This document shows, in pieces, positions 1 to 14,044 of a DNA stretch of 64,000 nucleotides (position 1 is its first letter; each line of letters opens with the position of its first letter). The DNA is taken from assembly GCA_951406725.2 (NCBI GenBank), contig OX597814.1, positions 142,538,001 to 142,602,000 of the forward strand, given 5' to 3'. The stretch comes from Octopus vulgaris (Eukaryota). The notes below the pieces were generated by a model. It was not told the origin of the DNA. It worked only from the letters and a program-made list of their open reading frames with translations, and searched no databases. Made by a program: the position numbers and the translations under genes.

Positions 1-14
1 ACTTGCCAAATTAA

Positions 15-70
<56 letters not shown>

Positions 71-599
71 AGGGCAATAAAGTAAATTTACGTTTACTCT
101 TTCGCCCTCATCTATTCATGTTATTTCCCGCTAACTTCTACTCATCTCGCCACTAAAACACGGAATAAACACATTCCTTCTGGTTGACATTACATGAGTA
201 AGGTACGAAGTTAGGCATACATTTTAGGAAAAATCAAATTTTTTTTTCATCATTATCAATATAGATTCATAAGATTAACTTTTTGGGACGATTAGAAATA
301 CCAGGAAAAAAGCTTTTTATTTCCAAGATAGACCTAATCAGATAAAAAAGATACGTATATATTTTCCTAAGGTGGCGAGCTGGCAGAATTACACTGAATA
401 ACATTCGGTTTGGGCTTTGGTCAGTAGGTATTATTTCATATTTGCTTCTTTCTAGAAATCAAAGGAAATTATTTCTATTCCATTCAAACTTTGCTTTGGT
501 GACCTGGACATCAATGTTTTCAAACCGACCTATTTTCCTTTACATTTCAGACATATTCAACGCTGAGTCGCTGAAGCAGATATATCGTTATTGCAAATA

Positions 600-755
600 T
601 TCTGCTCAATATCACAGATTTGCTTGTCGGTTGCTTGACTTTAACCACTCGAGCATGTCCCTTAGTGGCTGACAATATGTGCATTTCTGATTATGAGGAA
701 GAATAGTGAGAGAACATCATAACCATATGTTGAAAGGGACTCCATGGGGTTTGAA
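600..755 (+). repeat. Dispersed repeat fragment, same family as 8415-8665 in opposite orientation
   Basis: CACAGATTTGCTTGTCGGTTGCTTGACTTTAACCA..CCTTAGTGGCTGAC matches the reverse complement of 8415-8550; family identity unknown. Confidence 0.6.
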
Positions 756-1149
756 TAAATGTAATAAAAGCAAAGTTTGGAGGAAATAACCGTATCTCGA
801 ATTTTTTAAGGGTAAACAAATAGGAAATAACAGCTACTACCCAGGGACAAAAATCGTGTTACACAGTGTTATTAACACGCTTGACAAAAAGCTTAGCGGC
901 ATTTCTGTCGGCTTTCTTAGTTCTGAGTCCAAATATCACTGAGGTCATCCTTGTTTTTCATCTTATCAGGGCCGATAAAACAAAGTTGCTCTCCTTGGAC
1001 CCTGCCACGGACATGTTAGCTCGGTCACTTATTCGTCATGGAAACCGGGGAGCCAGCCTTATGAGTCCTAGAGCCCCGCCAAAATTTCTTTAAATATTCC
1101 ATATCAAATATAATGGGAACGAATATCTTGTGCATTTTGAAAGTATTTT

Positions 1150-1486
1150 GGAGTGGCTGTGTGGTAAGTAACTTGCTTACAAACCACATGGTTCCGGGTT
1201 CAGTGAGTGAATTTGATAGACGGAAACTGAAAGAAGCCCGTCGTATATATGTATGTATGTATATGTATGTGTGTGTATACGTTTGTGTGTCTGTGTTTGT
1301 CCCTCCAACATCGCTTGACAACCGATACTGGTGTGTTTACGTCCCCGTAACTTAGCGGTTCGGCAAAAGAGACCGATAGAATAAGTATTATGCTTACAAA
1401 GAATAAGTCCTGGGGTCGATTTGCTCGACTAAAGGCGGTGCTCCAGCATGGCCACAGTCAAATGACTGAAACAAGTAAAAGAGTAT
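1150..1486 (+). mobile_element. SINE family S1 (tRNA-like head, internal microsatellite), internally deleted copy
   Basis: GGAGTGGCTGTGTGGTAAG head, GACGGAAACTGAAAGAAGCCCGTC, tail ..GACTGAAACAAGTAAAAGAGTA; near-identical to 60445-60858. Confidence 0.85.
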
Positions 1487-1989
1487 TAGAGTAAGTGACA
1501 AAATTAAATTTTAAAAAAGGAGGATAAAATGGACATTTAAAAATAGAATTATATTGATATTCCTCGAGTTAATTAAAATAGATTTCTTAGTCCAAAGTAT
1601 AATTACGAAATGTAACACTTGCTGAAAAAACAGTGGCTTGACTATATGTTTGTTTCCGTCACTGGATTGTAGTCATACTGGAGCACCGCCTTGAAATATT
1701 TTAGTCGAGTGGCACTTATACATTTTAGGTCTGACAATTATTCTATCAGTTCCTTTTTGTCGAGCTGCTATATTACTGGGACGTAAACGAAGTAATACCG
1801 GTTGTTAAGCTATGCGGAGAACAAGCATGTCCTTCCCGAGCCAATAGAATGTATACAGGCTTATACATGAGATCTTAAAATGCCGCCCTCATTCCTCCCT
1901 GATTACACTACTGTGAAAAATAAGGCGAATTTCTACTTACTTGGGTAAACATCCATGAATAAGAATTACTTTATATCAGTTGGTGAGTA

Positions 1990-2815
1990 AGACGGTGAGT
2001 TGGCACAATCGATAGCGCACCGGAAATAATGCTTAGCGGCATTTCGCTAAGGTTGACTTTGCCTTTTATCCGTACGGAGTCGATAAAATAAGTACCACTT
2101 GAACACTAGGGTCGATGCAATCAACTTAACCCCTCCCCCGAAATTGCTGGCCTTCTGCCAACATTTGAAGCTGATATTAATTATACACAGGGCGGCGAGC
2201 TGGCAGAAATGTTAGCACGTCGGGCGAAATGCTTAGCCGTATTTCGTCTGCCGTTACGTTCTGAGTTCAAATTCCGCCGAGGTCGACTTTGTCTTTAATC
2301 CTTTCGGGGTCGATAAATTAAGTACCAGTTACGCACTGGGGTCGATGTAATCGACTTCATCCGTTTGTCTGTCCTTGTTCATCCCCTCTGTGTTTAGCAT
2401 CTTGTGGGTAGTAAAGAATAGGTATTTCGTCTGTCTTTACGTTCTGAGTTCAAGTTCCACCGAGGTCGACTTTGGCTTTCATCCTTTCGGGGTCGATAAA
2501 TTAAAGTACCAGTTGCGTACTGAGGTCGACCTAATCGATTGGCTCCCCCTCCCCCAAAATTTCGGGCCTTGTACCTAGAGTAGAAAAAGACATTAATTAT
2601 ACACATAAGGCGGCGACCTGACAGAATCATTACTACGCCGGAAAAATGCTTACCAGCATTTCTTTTGACTTTTCAAATTCCGCCGACGTCGTCTTTTCCT
2701 TCTATCCCTTTGAGTTCGATAAAATATTGCCAATTGAGCACTGGGATCGATGTAATCGATTTACCCGCTTCCCCGAAATTCCTGGTCTTGTACCAAAATT
2801 TGAAAGCGGTATTAA
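1990..2815 (+). mobile_element. Cluster of SINE family S2 copies, including a dimeric copy at about 2190-2588
   Basis: Repeated GGCGGCGAGCTGGCAGAA head, GAGTTCAAATTCC B-box-like motif and conserved GAGGTCGACTTTGCCTTTCATCCTTTCGGGGTCGATAAA central domain (resembles a MetaSINE-type domain from memory). Confidence 0.85.
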
Positions 2816-2896
2816 ATATACATATCTTGACGATTATATATGTTTTTTTTTTACTAAAATCATATATTAGTATATTATACTTCACTATTTTATATG

Positions 2897-2983
<87 letters not shown>

Positions 2984-3138
2984 GTTTATATATGTTTATA
3001 TATATATATATATATGTATATGTTTATATATGTTTATATATATATATATATATATATAGACACATATACACATATATATATACACATTTGTGTGTGTATG
3101 TATGTGTGTGTATGTGTGTGTATGTGTGTGAGTGTGTT

Positions 3139-3169
<31 letters not shown>

Positions 3170-3715
3170 TTGTGTGTGTGTGTCTTTGTGTGTGTGTGTG
3201 TGTGTAGATAACATATAAAACAGAGTTTGCTGTGATATATCTTTAGTTTTAAATTAAGTCTGTCTACTTTGAAGTTTTCCACTTTGAACACCGCGGTACA
3301 TTCTAAAATGTACTGAAAATTAATTTTTACTAAATATAACAAAACAAACACCTGATAGATTATGTGATAAGGTATTGGTTTCGGGACTCTATTGACACTT
3401 TTTTTTTTTTCGAATCCTAATTTTATCCTCTTTTTATATATTTATTTATTTATTTGCTTCATTATTGGAAATATTGCTGCCGAAATTAATGACTCGTGCA
3501 AAACTTCGAATCATTTGACTTTTTCATTTTTTCTTTTTTTTTTTTAAGTAAGTTATATTTATTTATTTGATTTTTGAAGTAATTTTTTTACTTATTTATC
3601 ATTTGATTTTTGAAAAGATTTATTTATGTATTTATTATTTGATTTTTGAAGAATTATATGAAAAAGAATCTCTACATGCTACATATATCTTTGTCAAATT
3701 ACATTAATAGAAAAA

Positions 3716-4100
3716 TCGTGGCACTCCGTCGGTTACAACGACGAGGGTTCCAGTTGATCCGATCAACGGAACAGCCTGCTCGTGAAATTAACGTGCAAGT
3801 GGCTGAGCACTCCACAGACACGAGTACCTTTAACGTAGTTCTCGGGGAGATTCAAGTGACACAGAATGTGACAAGGCTGGCCCTTTGAAGTACAGGTACA
3901 ACAGAAACAGGAAGAAAGAGTGAGAGGAGGTTACGGCGAAAGAGTACAACAGGTTTCGCCACCCTCACCCCCTGCCGGAGCCTCGTGGAACTTTCGGGGT
4001 TTTCGCTTAATAAACACTCACAACGTCCGATCTGGGAATCGAAACTGAGGACATACGACCGTGAGTCTGCAACCCTACCCACTGGGCCATTGCGTCTCCA
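3716..4100 (-). mobile_element. tRNA-derived SINE family S3
   Basis: Minus strand begins TGGAGACGCAATGGCCCAGTGG (A box) ... GTTTCGATTCC (B box); second copy at 23634-23990. Confidence 0.8.
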
Positions 4101-4498
4101 CTTTCCCTAAAATATATAGATATCGACTCTGCCGCACAGTGTGTTCTGCAGCTTTGATCTGAGTTCAAATCCCGCCGAGATCGAGTTACTTTTCCCCGTT
4201 CTAGGTTCAATAAATCAAAGTTACCAGTTATTTACTGAGGTTCCATATAATCAACAGTTCCCTCTTTTCTTTTCCTTGTTTCACCTATGACGCTGTGGTC
4301 ATGCTGGGGCTCCGCCTCGAAAGATTTTAGTCGAGCAGTACACGTTCTTTTTAAAGCTTTGTACTCATTCTATCGGTTCTTTTTGTAAAGAAAGCAAAAT
4401 CAATTGTCAAAAAGTGGGGACGGACAAACAAAAAACAGACACACACACACATACACACGCACACACACACACACACATAATACACATATATACATATA

Positions 4499-4897
4499 TG
4501 CGCGGGAGTGGCTGTGTGGTAAGTAGCTTCCTTACCAACCATATGCTTCTGGGTTCAGTCCCACTGCGTGGCACCTTGGGCAAGTGTCTTCTACTATAGC
4601 CTCGGGTCGACTAAAGCCATGTGAGTGGATTTGGTAGACGGAAACTGAAAGAAGCCCGTCGTATGTATTTATGTGTGTGTATATAGTTAAGTGTCTGTGT
4701 TTGTTCCCCTACCATCGCTTGACAACCGATGCTGGTGTGTTTACGTCCTTGTAACTTAGCGGTTCGGCAAAAGAGCTTGAAAGAATAAATACTAGGCTGA
4801 CAAAAAATAAGTCCTGGGATCGATTTGCTCGACTAAAGGCGGTGCTCCAGCATGGCCGCAGTCAAATGACTGAATCAAATAAAAGAGTAAAAGAGTA
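4499..4897 (+). mobile_element. SINE S1, near full length; flanked by minus-strand S1 fragments (about 4275-4480 and 4900-5040)
   Basis: Head GGGAGTGGCTGTGTGGTAAG, GGTTCAGTCCC, CORE-like CCTTGGGCAAGTGTCTT, tail AAAAGAGTAAAAGAGTA. Confidence 0.85.
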
Positions 4898-5614
4898 AAT
4901 ATGTACGCACACATACACACGACGGGCTTCTGCACAGTTTCCGTCGACCAAATTCTTTCCCAAGGCATTGGTTGGCCAGGAGCTGTACTAGAAAACACTT
5001 GCCCAGGGTGCTTCCCAATGGGACTGAACCGGAAACTATGCCAGTACATCATTTTAACTTTCTTTCTTTCTGTCCAAGAAATTATTATTGAGGCTGTGGA
5101 GTGGCAAAACCGTTAGAGCGTTGAACCAAATATTTAACCGTATTTAGTTACAGCTCTTTACGCCCGTCATCTTTCCGGGGTCGATAAAATAAAACCAAGT
5201 ACTGACCGTGGATGTAATTAACTTGTCTGTTCCCACAAATTCGTGGCCTTGTGCCATTATTAGAAATTATCATTTGAATGACATAGTGGCAGAATTGGTA
5301 GAGTGCCGGACCAAATATGTGGCGCTTAGTTACATCCGTTAATATTTTGTGTTCAAATTCTGCTGAGATTGACTTCATAATAAGACGATATGACGATCTA
5401 ATGCTCTTAGCTTAGTTTTTTCCCTGGGACTGGCCAGATTGGAGCAATCTCAAGAATAATCAGCCGAAATTGAAAGGATAATCTGGTGCTTGATTGAAGA
5501 AAGAAAACTTCGAATGACCCATCTTTGTTTTCTTTGTATCGTCTATCTGGATGTTTTGTTGTCCCTTTTTTTTATCACCTAGCTGTCCGGATGTTTTGCG
5601 TTCTTGACCCATTT

Positions 5615-5663
<49 letters not shown>

Positions 5664-5685
5664 CGGCGTACGTACACTTTGTTCT

Positions 5686-5745
<60 letters not shown>

Positions 5746-6143
5746 TATATATATAAATATAAGAAAAAGTGAGATTAAAAATTCCTGGCAGATATCAAGT
5801 AAGCACTCAGTATAAAGGAATAAGATTAAATTTCCAACAAATAGACACCAGTAAATTTATGCAGAATACAAATCCCAGGTAAATCTTCATGTATGACAGG
5901 TAAATTGTCATGTACAGCACACAGGTAAATCCAACAATCCTTATGTAGAATTTTAAGAAATTCAGAGTATTTAACAACAATCAATAACATGTACGAAGAA
6001 AATCATATTTTCATTTTTGATCACACCTTAAAAATCTAACAATATATGTATGTATATGCTAATGTAATTGAAACAAATGTTGGATATTTAAGGCGTGTTC
6101 TAAAGTAAAGATATGATTTTGTTCTTACATATTATTGATTATA

Positions 6144-6183
<40 letters not shown>

Positions 6184-6285
6184 TGTGTGTATGTGTATAT
6201 ATAAAGTTAATCGACACTAATTGTGACTGCTTTATTAGTGATTACGATAAATTTTTCCTTTATGATTTTATATTGTGTTTAGGTG

Positions 6286-6339
<54 letters not shown>

Positions 6340-6770
6340 ACCACCCACACACATACATACATATATACATATACGACAAGCTTCCACACAATTTCCGCAC
6401 ACGAAATTCACTCACAAGGCATTGTTCTGTCCGGGGCTATAGTGGAAGACACTTACCGAAGGTGCCGAACGGCGGGGCAGAACCCGTTACCACGCACTTG
6501 CAAAGTAAGCTTCTTAACGCGACAGTCAGGCCTGCACCCACATAAAGAAAAAGTGGGGGAACACTGCAATTTAGTTGGGAGATTTTTTGTCTATTCTCCA
6601 CCTTTCCTTTTTCCTGTCTTTTACTTATTCATATTTATATTTTCTTTTTTATCTTTGTCTTTCTTTTCCTTCGTTCTTCGTTTCTTTTTTTTTTTTATTC
6701 ATTTTTCGTTCCTTTCTTATTAGTCCTTTCGACCCAGTTTCTTGCGAACTGATATAAGTGACGTAATTCT

Positions 6771-6830
6771 AAGCAGGATATAGCAGTTATAAAAAAATAA
6801 AAGCAGGATATAGCAGTTATAAAAAATAAA
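6771..6830. repeat. Direct tandem duplication of about 30 bp
   Basis: AAGCAGGATATAGCAGTTATAAAAAA(A)TA occurs twice adjacently. Confidence 0.9.
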
Positions 6831-7417
6831 AAAGGAGAGTGTCTCTAATTAAACTTAATCTTTCAGACACGAATTATGAGTTAGATATATTTCTAATTAT
6901 CAAATGTAAAATTACCTTGCTGTGAAAGAAGGAAATTATCTGAAATTATGAAAGAATGAAATTATCTGAATTGTTTGAAGGTGGGGGTGCGTAGAAGGGA
7001 GTGACTCTTGCTGTTGTTATTGCTATAATTATTATTTTCATATTTCGACTTAAACCCTTATATGCCCATAAAACATGAAGTCTTAAAATTTTGCTGTATT
7101 TAGATTAAACATTATGGTAAGCTTTCACAATCTGGAAGAGAAGGATAGTATGCAACTGTTAGCTAAGGGTATCGACTACCTACTGAACATTTCATATGTT
7201 CAGTCAGATGCTTCCCGGCCAATTCAGGTCCAAACAAGTAGGAGCAGGTTTTTCGTTGCGAAAACGCAACCAGGCGTGTATATAACTCCAAGTTCCGCTG
7301 AGGTCGGTTTTGCCTTTCATTCTTCCTGGGTTGAAAGCTTCAGTTGAACACTAGGGTCGATGCTGTTGGCTAGCTCCCTTTCCCAAAATTTCAGGCCTTG
7401 TGCCTATAGCAGAAATG

Positions 7418-7483
<66 letters not shown>

Positions 7484-7487
7484 AATA

Positions 7488-7842
7488 AAACAAGAGCACA
7501 CAGAGAGCGCAAACCTCCGCCAAGGCAACACCAACGTCCTCTCAACGATTAGCCAGAGTTGATTTTTAAAATGAGAATATCTGAAATAAACTCGACTTTT
7601 CTGACAAACGAGAATACTAAGAATGAACCCGACCACTCTCAAAAATTAAGTAAAGAAAAATGGAAAAATAATCCAGAATCCTTGTCGGGTAGCGGATCGA
7701 TCCCAAAAGCCAGTCACGAAGCCAAACATCCCTGAAAGTTTCATCCGAATCCATCCTGCGATTTTTGAAATATTTTGTCTATGGACAAACAAACAAACAT
7801 GACTGAAAACAATAACTCCGCCTAAGCGAATGCAGAGGTAAT
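7488..7842 (-). mobile_element. Helentron-associated (HINE/DINE-1-like) non-autonomous element
   Basis: Minus strand: 5' TTACCTC..GGCGGAG hairpin, 3' subterminal CCTTGGCGGAGGT followed by short stem-loop GCGCTCTCTGTGTGC and terminal TT; second copy at 11535-11936. Confidence 0.7.
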
Positions 7843-7875
7843 AAAGAAAGAAAGACATCATCATTATTATTATTA

Positions 7876-7940
<65 letters not shown>

Positions 7941-8074
7941 GGTGGATTAGGCTCCGCCAATAATGGCTCCTGATGCACAGACACGCTCTTAGGTTACATC
8001 ACCCGCACCGATTTCTGGACAGTGAGCGTGTGCCCTTGTGACAAATAAATGAAATCATTATTACTATTGTTATT

Positions 8075-8400
8075 TCTCTTTATCACATGTTTTGATGGAG
8101 CTCCTGGAGTCTTGCACGCGTAGCGGGCTTGCGGTAACTATCATACTATCCGTTCTTTTCAGCTATCTAATACTTTCCGATTATTCTTGCTGTGCCATGG
8201 AGGCAAAGCTTTTGTAACAGTTCTACTGGGCACGCTATTCCAATTTCCTTTATATTCCTCTTGATACCTTCTGATACTGTTCCCAATGACCCAACAATAG
8301 TTGGCACTATCTTCACCTTCTTCATTTTCCATTGCCGGGCTATTTCGTACTTAAGAGGGTTGTGTCTCTCTTATATCTATCGATTTTTTCGCCTTCTTTC
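8075..8400 (-). mobile_element. 3' fragment of a restriction-like-endonuclease non-LTR retrotransposon (R4/Dong-like)
   Basis: Minus strand reads LKYEIARQWKMKKVKIVPTIVGSLGTVSEGIKRNIKEIGIACPVELLQKLCLHGTARII, a typical RLE C-terminus, followed by a TAA-like tail. Confidence 0.8.
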
Positions 8401-8414
8401 TTAATTATTCCTCT

Positions 8415-8665
8415 CAACACATGGCCATGATACTCCCCCACTACTTCTGCTCGTGATCAGAGATACACATGTCGTCAGCTACTAAGGGACATACTTAACT
8501 GGTTAAGGTCAAACAACTGACAAGCAAATCTGTGGTATTGAACAGAATATTTGCTGTAGCCCATTTTTTATACCAAGACAAAACAATGTACATGATAGCA
8601 CTTCCAATCAGTTAAGATCAGAATCCATGGGAGCCACTGTCTGTACTGCATCAGGGCATTTATCA
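8415..8665 (-). repeat. Dispersed repeat abutting (TTG)n/(TAC)n tracts
   Basis: Homologous to 600-755 in reverse orientation. Confidence 0.6.
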
Positions 8666-10544
8666 TTATTGTTGTTGTTGTTGTTGTTGCTGTTGTTGTT
8701 GTTATTACTACTACAATTACTACAACTACTACTACTACTACTATAATAATCATTGAGAGCGGCGAACTGGCAGAATTGTTAGCGTGTTGAACAAAATGCT
8801 TAGCGACAATTTTTCCGGCTCTTTACGTTGTGGGTCCATATCTCCCCAAGGCTGACTTTGGGAGGATAAAATAATCACCAGTTGAGCTCTGGTGCTAATG
8901 TAATTGACCAGCCCTTCTTAATCGACATCACCAATTTTCTCTTTTGCTCGTATGGAACCCCCCACCACACCCATTCCACCCATCAAATCTGATGTGGGCG
9001 CCCGGGAGTCATATGAACACCGGTTGAGAACCACTGGTCTAACCCATAAATAGGGATGGAAGAATGTATTTAGAAACGTTTAATTGTTTATGTATATATT
9101 TGGTGAATAAGAGTTATGCTTACATTCAATGCAAGACAGTAACTAGAACAGTAATAAGAGGTATTCTCCACATTCATGTAACCGGAATATCATAGAACAA
9201 AATGCTTCCAAGTTACTTTCAAATTAAAAAATAAAATCTAAATTTATAAACCACGAAATCAAACTTACATACTCAACGGATATACAATAGAAGACACAAG
9301 AAAAGAATTGTTTGGGGAACATTATGCTGAATGAAGAAGAAAAAAATAACACAAACAGCAATAACAGTAACACTGTCAATATCACGAAAACCAATAACAT
9401 TCAGTGGATCAAAGCATCATGGGTGAAGAGTAGCGACTCGGTTGGTTAGAGCCAGCTTATTAAAAAGGAGGAAGAATGGAGAAGATAAGTCACAAAAGTC
9501 AGCGCCTCTTATGCAGGAAAAGGGGACGAGGCTGTAACATACCACTAAGTTTTACAGAAATGGAGGGAGCATCCATATGCTCTCGAGAAAGAAAAGAAAA
9601 AGACCTCGTGGTTGTTTGGAAGGATATGTGTTCTGAGACAGAATATCTAGAATTGTCTGGTCTTTAAGACCGAGAAACAGGCGCGGTGACAGGTAGATCT
9701 GGTAATCCACACGCCTGTCAACAAATTAATGTCACTGTACAGGAATATCAGGCACCTGAAGATCACGGTAATAGAAGCTAGCCCAGACGTAGACTCTTTG
9801 ATATGTCGTCACATTTGCTCAACGATATGGACGTGCGAAAATGCGGAGATGAGCTGCGTTTGAGAAGAATCTCTATGGACATCCAGGCCCTGATGAACCT
9901 ACAAAATAATCACAAGGATGAAGGGAACAAAGATGAGATTAATTTCACTGGTGGTGTATGGACAACCAGTTGCTCCCCGTGTTACAGTAAAAACCAGTCA
10001 AGAACGTTCTGTCCAGGAGAGAAAGCTCACAAGAAAGAGGGCCGAGATAGTAATAAAAACAACAGCGCGAACAACAGAAGGGTTCAGAGGTCCAGAGGGG
10101 AAAGGACATGGGGCTGCTACTGTTGTTTTCAGATCATCAGCGATCTTAGGTTCCGAAAGTACTGGATTTAGAACAAACGAAATCGCCCCATCTTCAAAAC
10201 CAAAAGCGTCAGGCACTGACAATGACCAAGAAGCTGAGAGCCTCTTCCTCTTTCTCCTCCTCCCCTTTCTCCTCTTTTTCTTCCTCCTCTTCCTTTTCCT
10301 CCAATACAGACCTGGCAGCCACAAGCTGCATTTATATACCATAGCCTTGCACCGAAGGGAGGAGATGGAGATGAAATACAAGAAAACTATTGTAAACAGT
10401 AAAAAAGAAGGGGACAAAGTAAAGTAAGTGTGAACCCAGAAAAAAGTCATGCATGGAGGTAGTAGTTCCTCACACCAACCCTAAAGGAATGTTTGCATTT
10501 TACTGTAATTCAATGGGTAAACTCTGGCCTAGTTAATAATAATT

Positions 10545-10756
10545 ATTTCAAATTTTTGCCACAAGGGCAGCTTGGGAAAGGTGGGGATGAGTTGATTGCA
10601 TAGACACCAGTGTTCAACTGGTACTCATTTTATCGATATCGAAAGGATGAAAGATAAAGTCGACCTCGGCGGAATTTGAACTCAAAACGTAGCGACGGGC
10701 GAAATTCCGCTAAGCATTTCGTCCAGCGAGCTAACGATTCTGCCAGCTCGCCGCTT
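10545..10756 (-). mobile_element. SINE S2
   Basis: Reverse complement of the S2 head (TTCTGCCAGCTCGCCGC) and central domain (GAAAGGATGAAAGATAAAGTCGACCTC). Confidence 0.85.
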
Positions 10757-11299
10757 TGGTATAATTGATAATAATGCTGATTCTAGGATCGGATGCATCA
10801 AATAATTATTTGGGAAATAACGAACAAGAACTAGAAGCCTGTAACTAATAAATGAGAGTTAGAGTCCACATCAGCTGTCTACCAACGCCTGAGAGACCAC
10901 AGCCCAGATGCGGTTTTGCTAAGGCTGAAAATGTTTAAGAATGGGAAGTCATTGGAGGTGAAGGGGGTTAGATTGTGGGGTGGTGCCTTGTAAGTGGAAT
11001 CTTTTCACTACAATGTTGCTGGTTTGTCTTGTCTTAATATATTTTTATATTGTTTTTGCTCCTTTGATAGCTTAGCTTTCGAATGGTGCTACCTTGCGGG
11101 CTAGGCAGCTGAGCTATCTCCTGAACAGAGCGCCAGTTCGTGGTAGCGTTACCCAGTTACAGCTGAGTGGACTGCAGCAACGTAAAATGAAGTATTTCGT
11201 TCAAGAATATTACGCGCAGCCGAACCGGGATTCAAAAGCGCAATATTGCGAATGTGAGTGTCCACAGCCTAACCATCAGGTCAGGTGTCTACACACTCA

Positions 11300-11358
<59 letters not shown>

Positions 11359-11534
11359 ACAAACACATACACACATACAGAAATATTTAAAGCATCTTTT
11401 GAAGAATATGTTTTGTATTGTATATATGGGCCCTTGTGGCCAATATAGAAGATAACAACAATGGCAAGAAGAAGAAGAAGAAGAAGAAGAAGAAGAAGAA
11501 CAACAACAACAACAACAACAGCAACAACAGCAAT

Positions 11535-11936
11535 AACAAGAGCACTCAGAGAGCACAAACCTCCCCCAAGGCAACACCAGCGTCCTCTCAACAATTAGTC
11601 AGAGATGACTTTTAAAATGAGAATATCTGAAATAAACTCGACTGCTCTGACAAACGAGAATATTAAAAATAAACCCGACTGCTCTCAAAAATTAAGTAAA
11701 GAAAAGCGGAAAAATAATCCTTGTCCGGTAGCGGATCGATCCCAAAATCTACGGCATTCGTGCGTGCGTTGTCTTCCTGATGTATCTGTGTATAGTCACG
11801 AGGCCAGACATCCGTGAAAGTTTCATTCGAATCCATCTAGCGGTTCTTGAGATATCTTGTTCACGGACCGGCAAACAGACAAACAAACAAACAAACACGA
11901 CTGAAAATACCTCCGCCTTCGCTAAGGTGGAGGTAA
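11535..11936 (-). mobile_element. Helentron-associated (HINE/DINE-1-like) non-autonomous element, copy 2
   Basis: ACCTCCGCCTTCGCTAAGGTGGAGGT terminal hairpin, subterminal ACCTCCCCCAAGG, and GCACTCAGAGAGCAC stem-loop; colinear with 7488-7842. Confidence 0.7.
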
Positions 11937-12125
11937 AAATAATCGTTATTTTTATTTCTGGAGGAGGTGTTTAATGATGTTTTGTTGTTTTGTCCTAAAG
12001 ATATTTTTCAACAAAGTTTAATCCGTACTTGAGCGTTGTCATGTCGAAGTTTCCATACTTCAGTTGATTCGATAACTTCAGCCTCTCCATCTCCTTTCTA
12101 TTACTGTCTCTGTTTCTGTCTCTCT

Positions 12126-12203
<78 letters not shown>

Positions 12204-12517
12204 CCTTCCCCCTCTTTCTCTCTACACCAATTCCTTTTCTTGAATTACATGTGTATGGAAGAACGAGAGTGTATGAAAAGAATAGAAAAAAAGATAGATG
12301 AATAGGCAGACAGACACACACGTACACATAGAGAAGGAAAGAATTTTTTTTATTTTTCCATTTTCTCCATCCGTTAATGACCTCCGTTTCGGGCAATCGA
12401 TTCATAAGCTTGATTGCCTTTAGGTGCGGATAAATAATTCTGTTTATATTCTCTCTCCATCTCTCTACTCCCACCCATTCTCTCTCTCTCTCCCTCTCCC
12501 TCTCTCTCTCTCTCTCT

Positions 12518-12592
<75 letters not shown>

Positions 12593-12738
12593 ATAAAGAA
12601 AACAAAAGGAGACGAGATAGAAAGAGATGTATGTACATCTATATCTATAGAAATACTTACATTTGTATATGTGCGCGTGCTTTTGTGTGACTGTATATAT
12701 ATTCATGCACGTATATTTAATCTAATATAGTATATTAG

Positions 12739-12834
<96 letters not shown>

Positions 12835-12951
12835 ATAATATACAATATATAATATAATATATATATATATATACGCGCGCGCGAAGACACAGACGCATGC
12901 ACACACATACACACACACATAGAGAGAGAGAGAGAGAGAGGAGATACATAA

Positions 12952-13028
<77 letters not shown>

Positions 13029-13819
13029 GAAAAGTGATATAGTCATGTATGTATACGTATCTGTATCTATGTACAGATGCACACACATACATGTGTGTGT
13101 GTATGTGTGAATTCTCTCTTTATCCATCTATCTACTTTTTTGGCTTTCTTCCACTTTCCTCTCCCACCTCCGTAATATATGTACCACGTGACTTCGTGAC
13201 TGTTACCAAAAAAGAGAGGTAGCTAAAAAGTATGTTAATAACATCGTTTACCATTAAATTGGGCATGAGGAAATGAATGTAGTATTAAAGTTGATAGTGG
13301 ATGGTATATATGTGGTGGTGGCGGTGGCGGTGGAAATGTTGTTTTTTGTGTAACCTTCGAAATGTGATGCAACGATCACGTGTCCTAAAGATGCCGATAA
13401 TGGCTCCATTCTCACGTTTTCGGGAAACATATGCATTCATAAGCTTATATTTGTTCGTAGAGTGTTTCTCGCTTAGTCCAGAGTTCCAAGGAAGATTTTA
13501 GAAACTTTTGAAGTGTCTAGTTGATTTATTAGATTCTGCTGTTTGGTTTTGTAAGACACTAAGAGAACCTTTACGTGGCTAATCTGTCTGCAGAAATTTC
13601 AATCAAATCACCTTCAAATAATCTTTTACCTTTGATAGTATCTTTTTAACAGCTTAAATCTCAGTGAAACGATATAGCACTAAAATACTTTCTGGATTAA
13701 CCTTGAACTTCTTCGAACGTCTGTTGATACCGCTGTTACTGAAAAATATTCTGGGTTTTCTTGACAATGGAGTAGATTTCCATTATATTCGAGTCAATTA
13801 TCTCAAATATTGGTTTCAA

Positions 13820-14025
13820 ATTTTGGTACAACGCCAGCGATTTCAGGGATGGAGGCTCGTCGATTACACTGACCTCAGTGTTTAACTGGCACTTATTTTA
13901 TCAAGCCCGAAAGGATGAAAGGCAAAGTCAACCCCGGCGGAATTTAAACTCAGAACGTAAAGACGGAAGAAACGCTGGTAAGCATTTTGCCCGGTGTGCT
14001 TAACGATTCGGCTAGCTCACCTCCG
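13820..14025 (-). mobile_element. SINE S2
   Basis: Reverse-complement central domain CCCGAAAGGATGAAAGGCAAAGTCAACC. Confidence 0.8.
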
Positions 14026-14044
14026 TAATTATTTCAAGTATTGG

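Noticed and set aside
5490-5525. Hammerhead-like TTGAAGA-AAG-AAAA-CTT-CGAAT before a (TA)n-ended tail
   Set aside because: Both core boxes are altered and there is no stem I or III; at most a decayed relative.
9889-9925. CUGAUGA followed by a possible stem II
   Set aside because: Followed by GAAG rather than GAAA, with no stem I or III.
10110-10145. Minus-strand CUGAUGA-UCU-GAAA
   Set aside because: No stem II and no stem I pairing; chance match.
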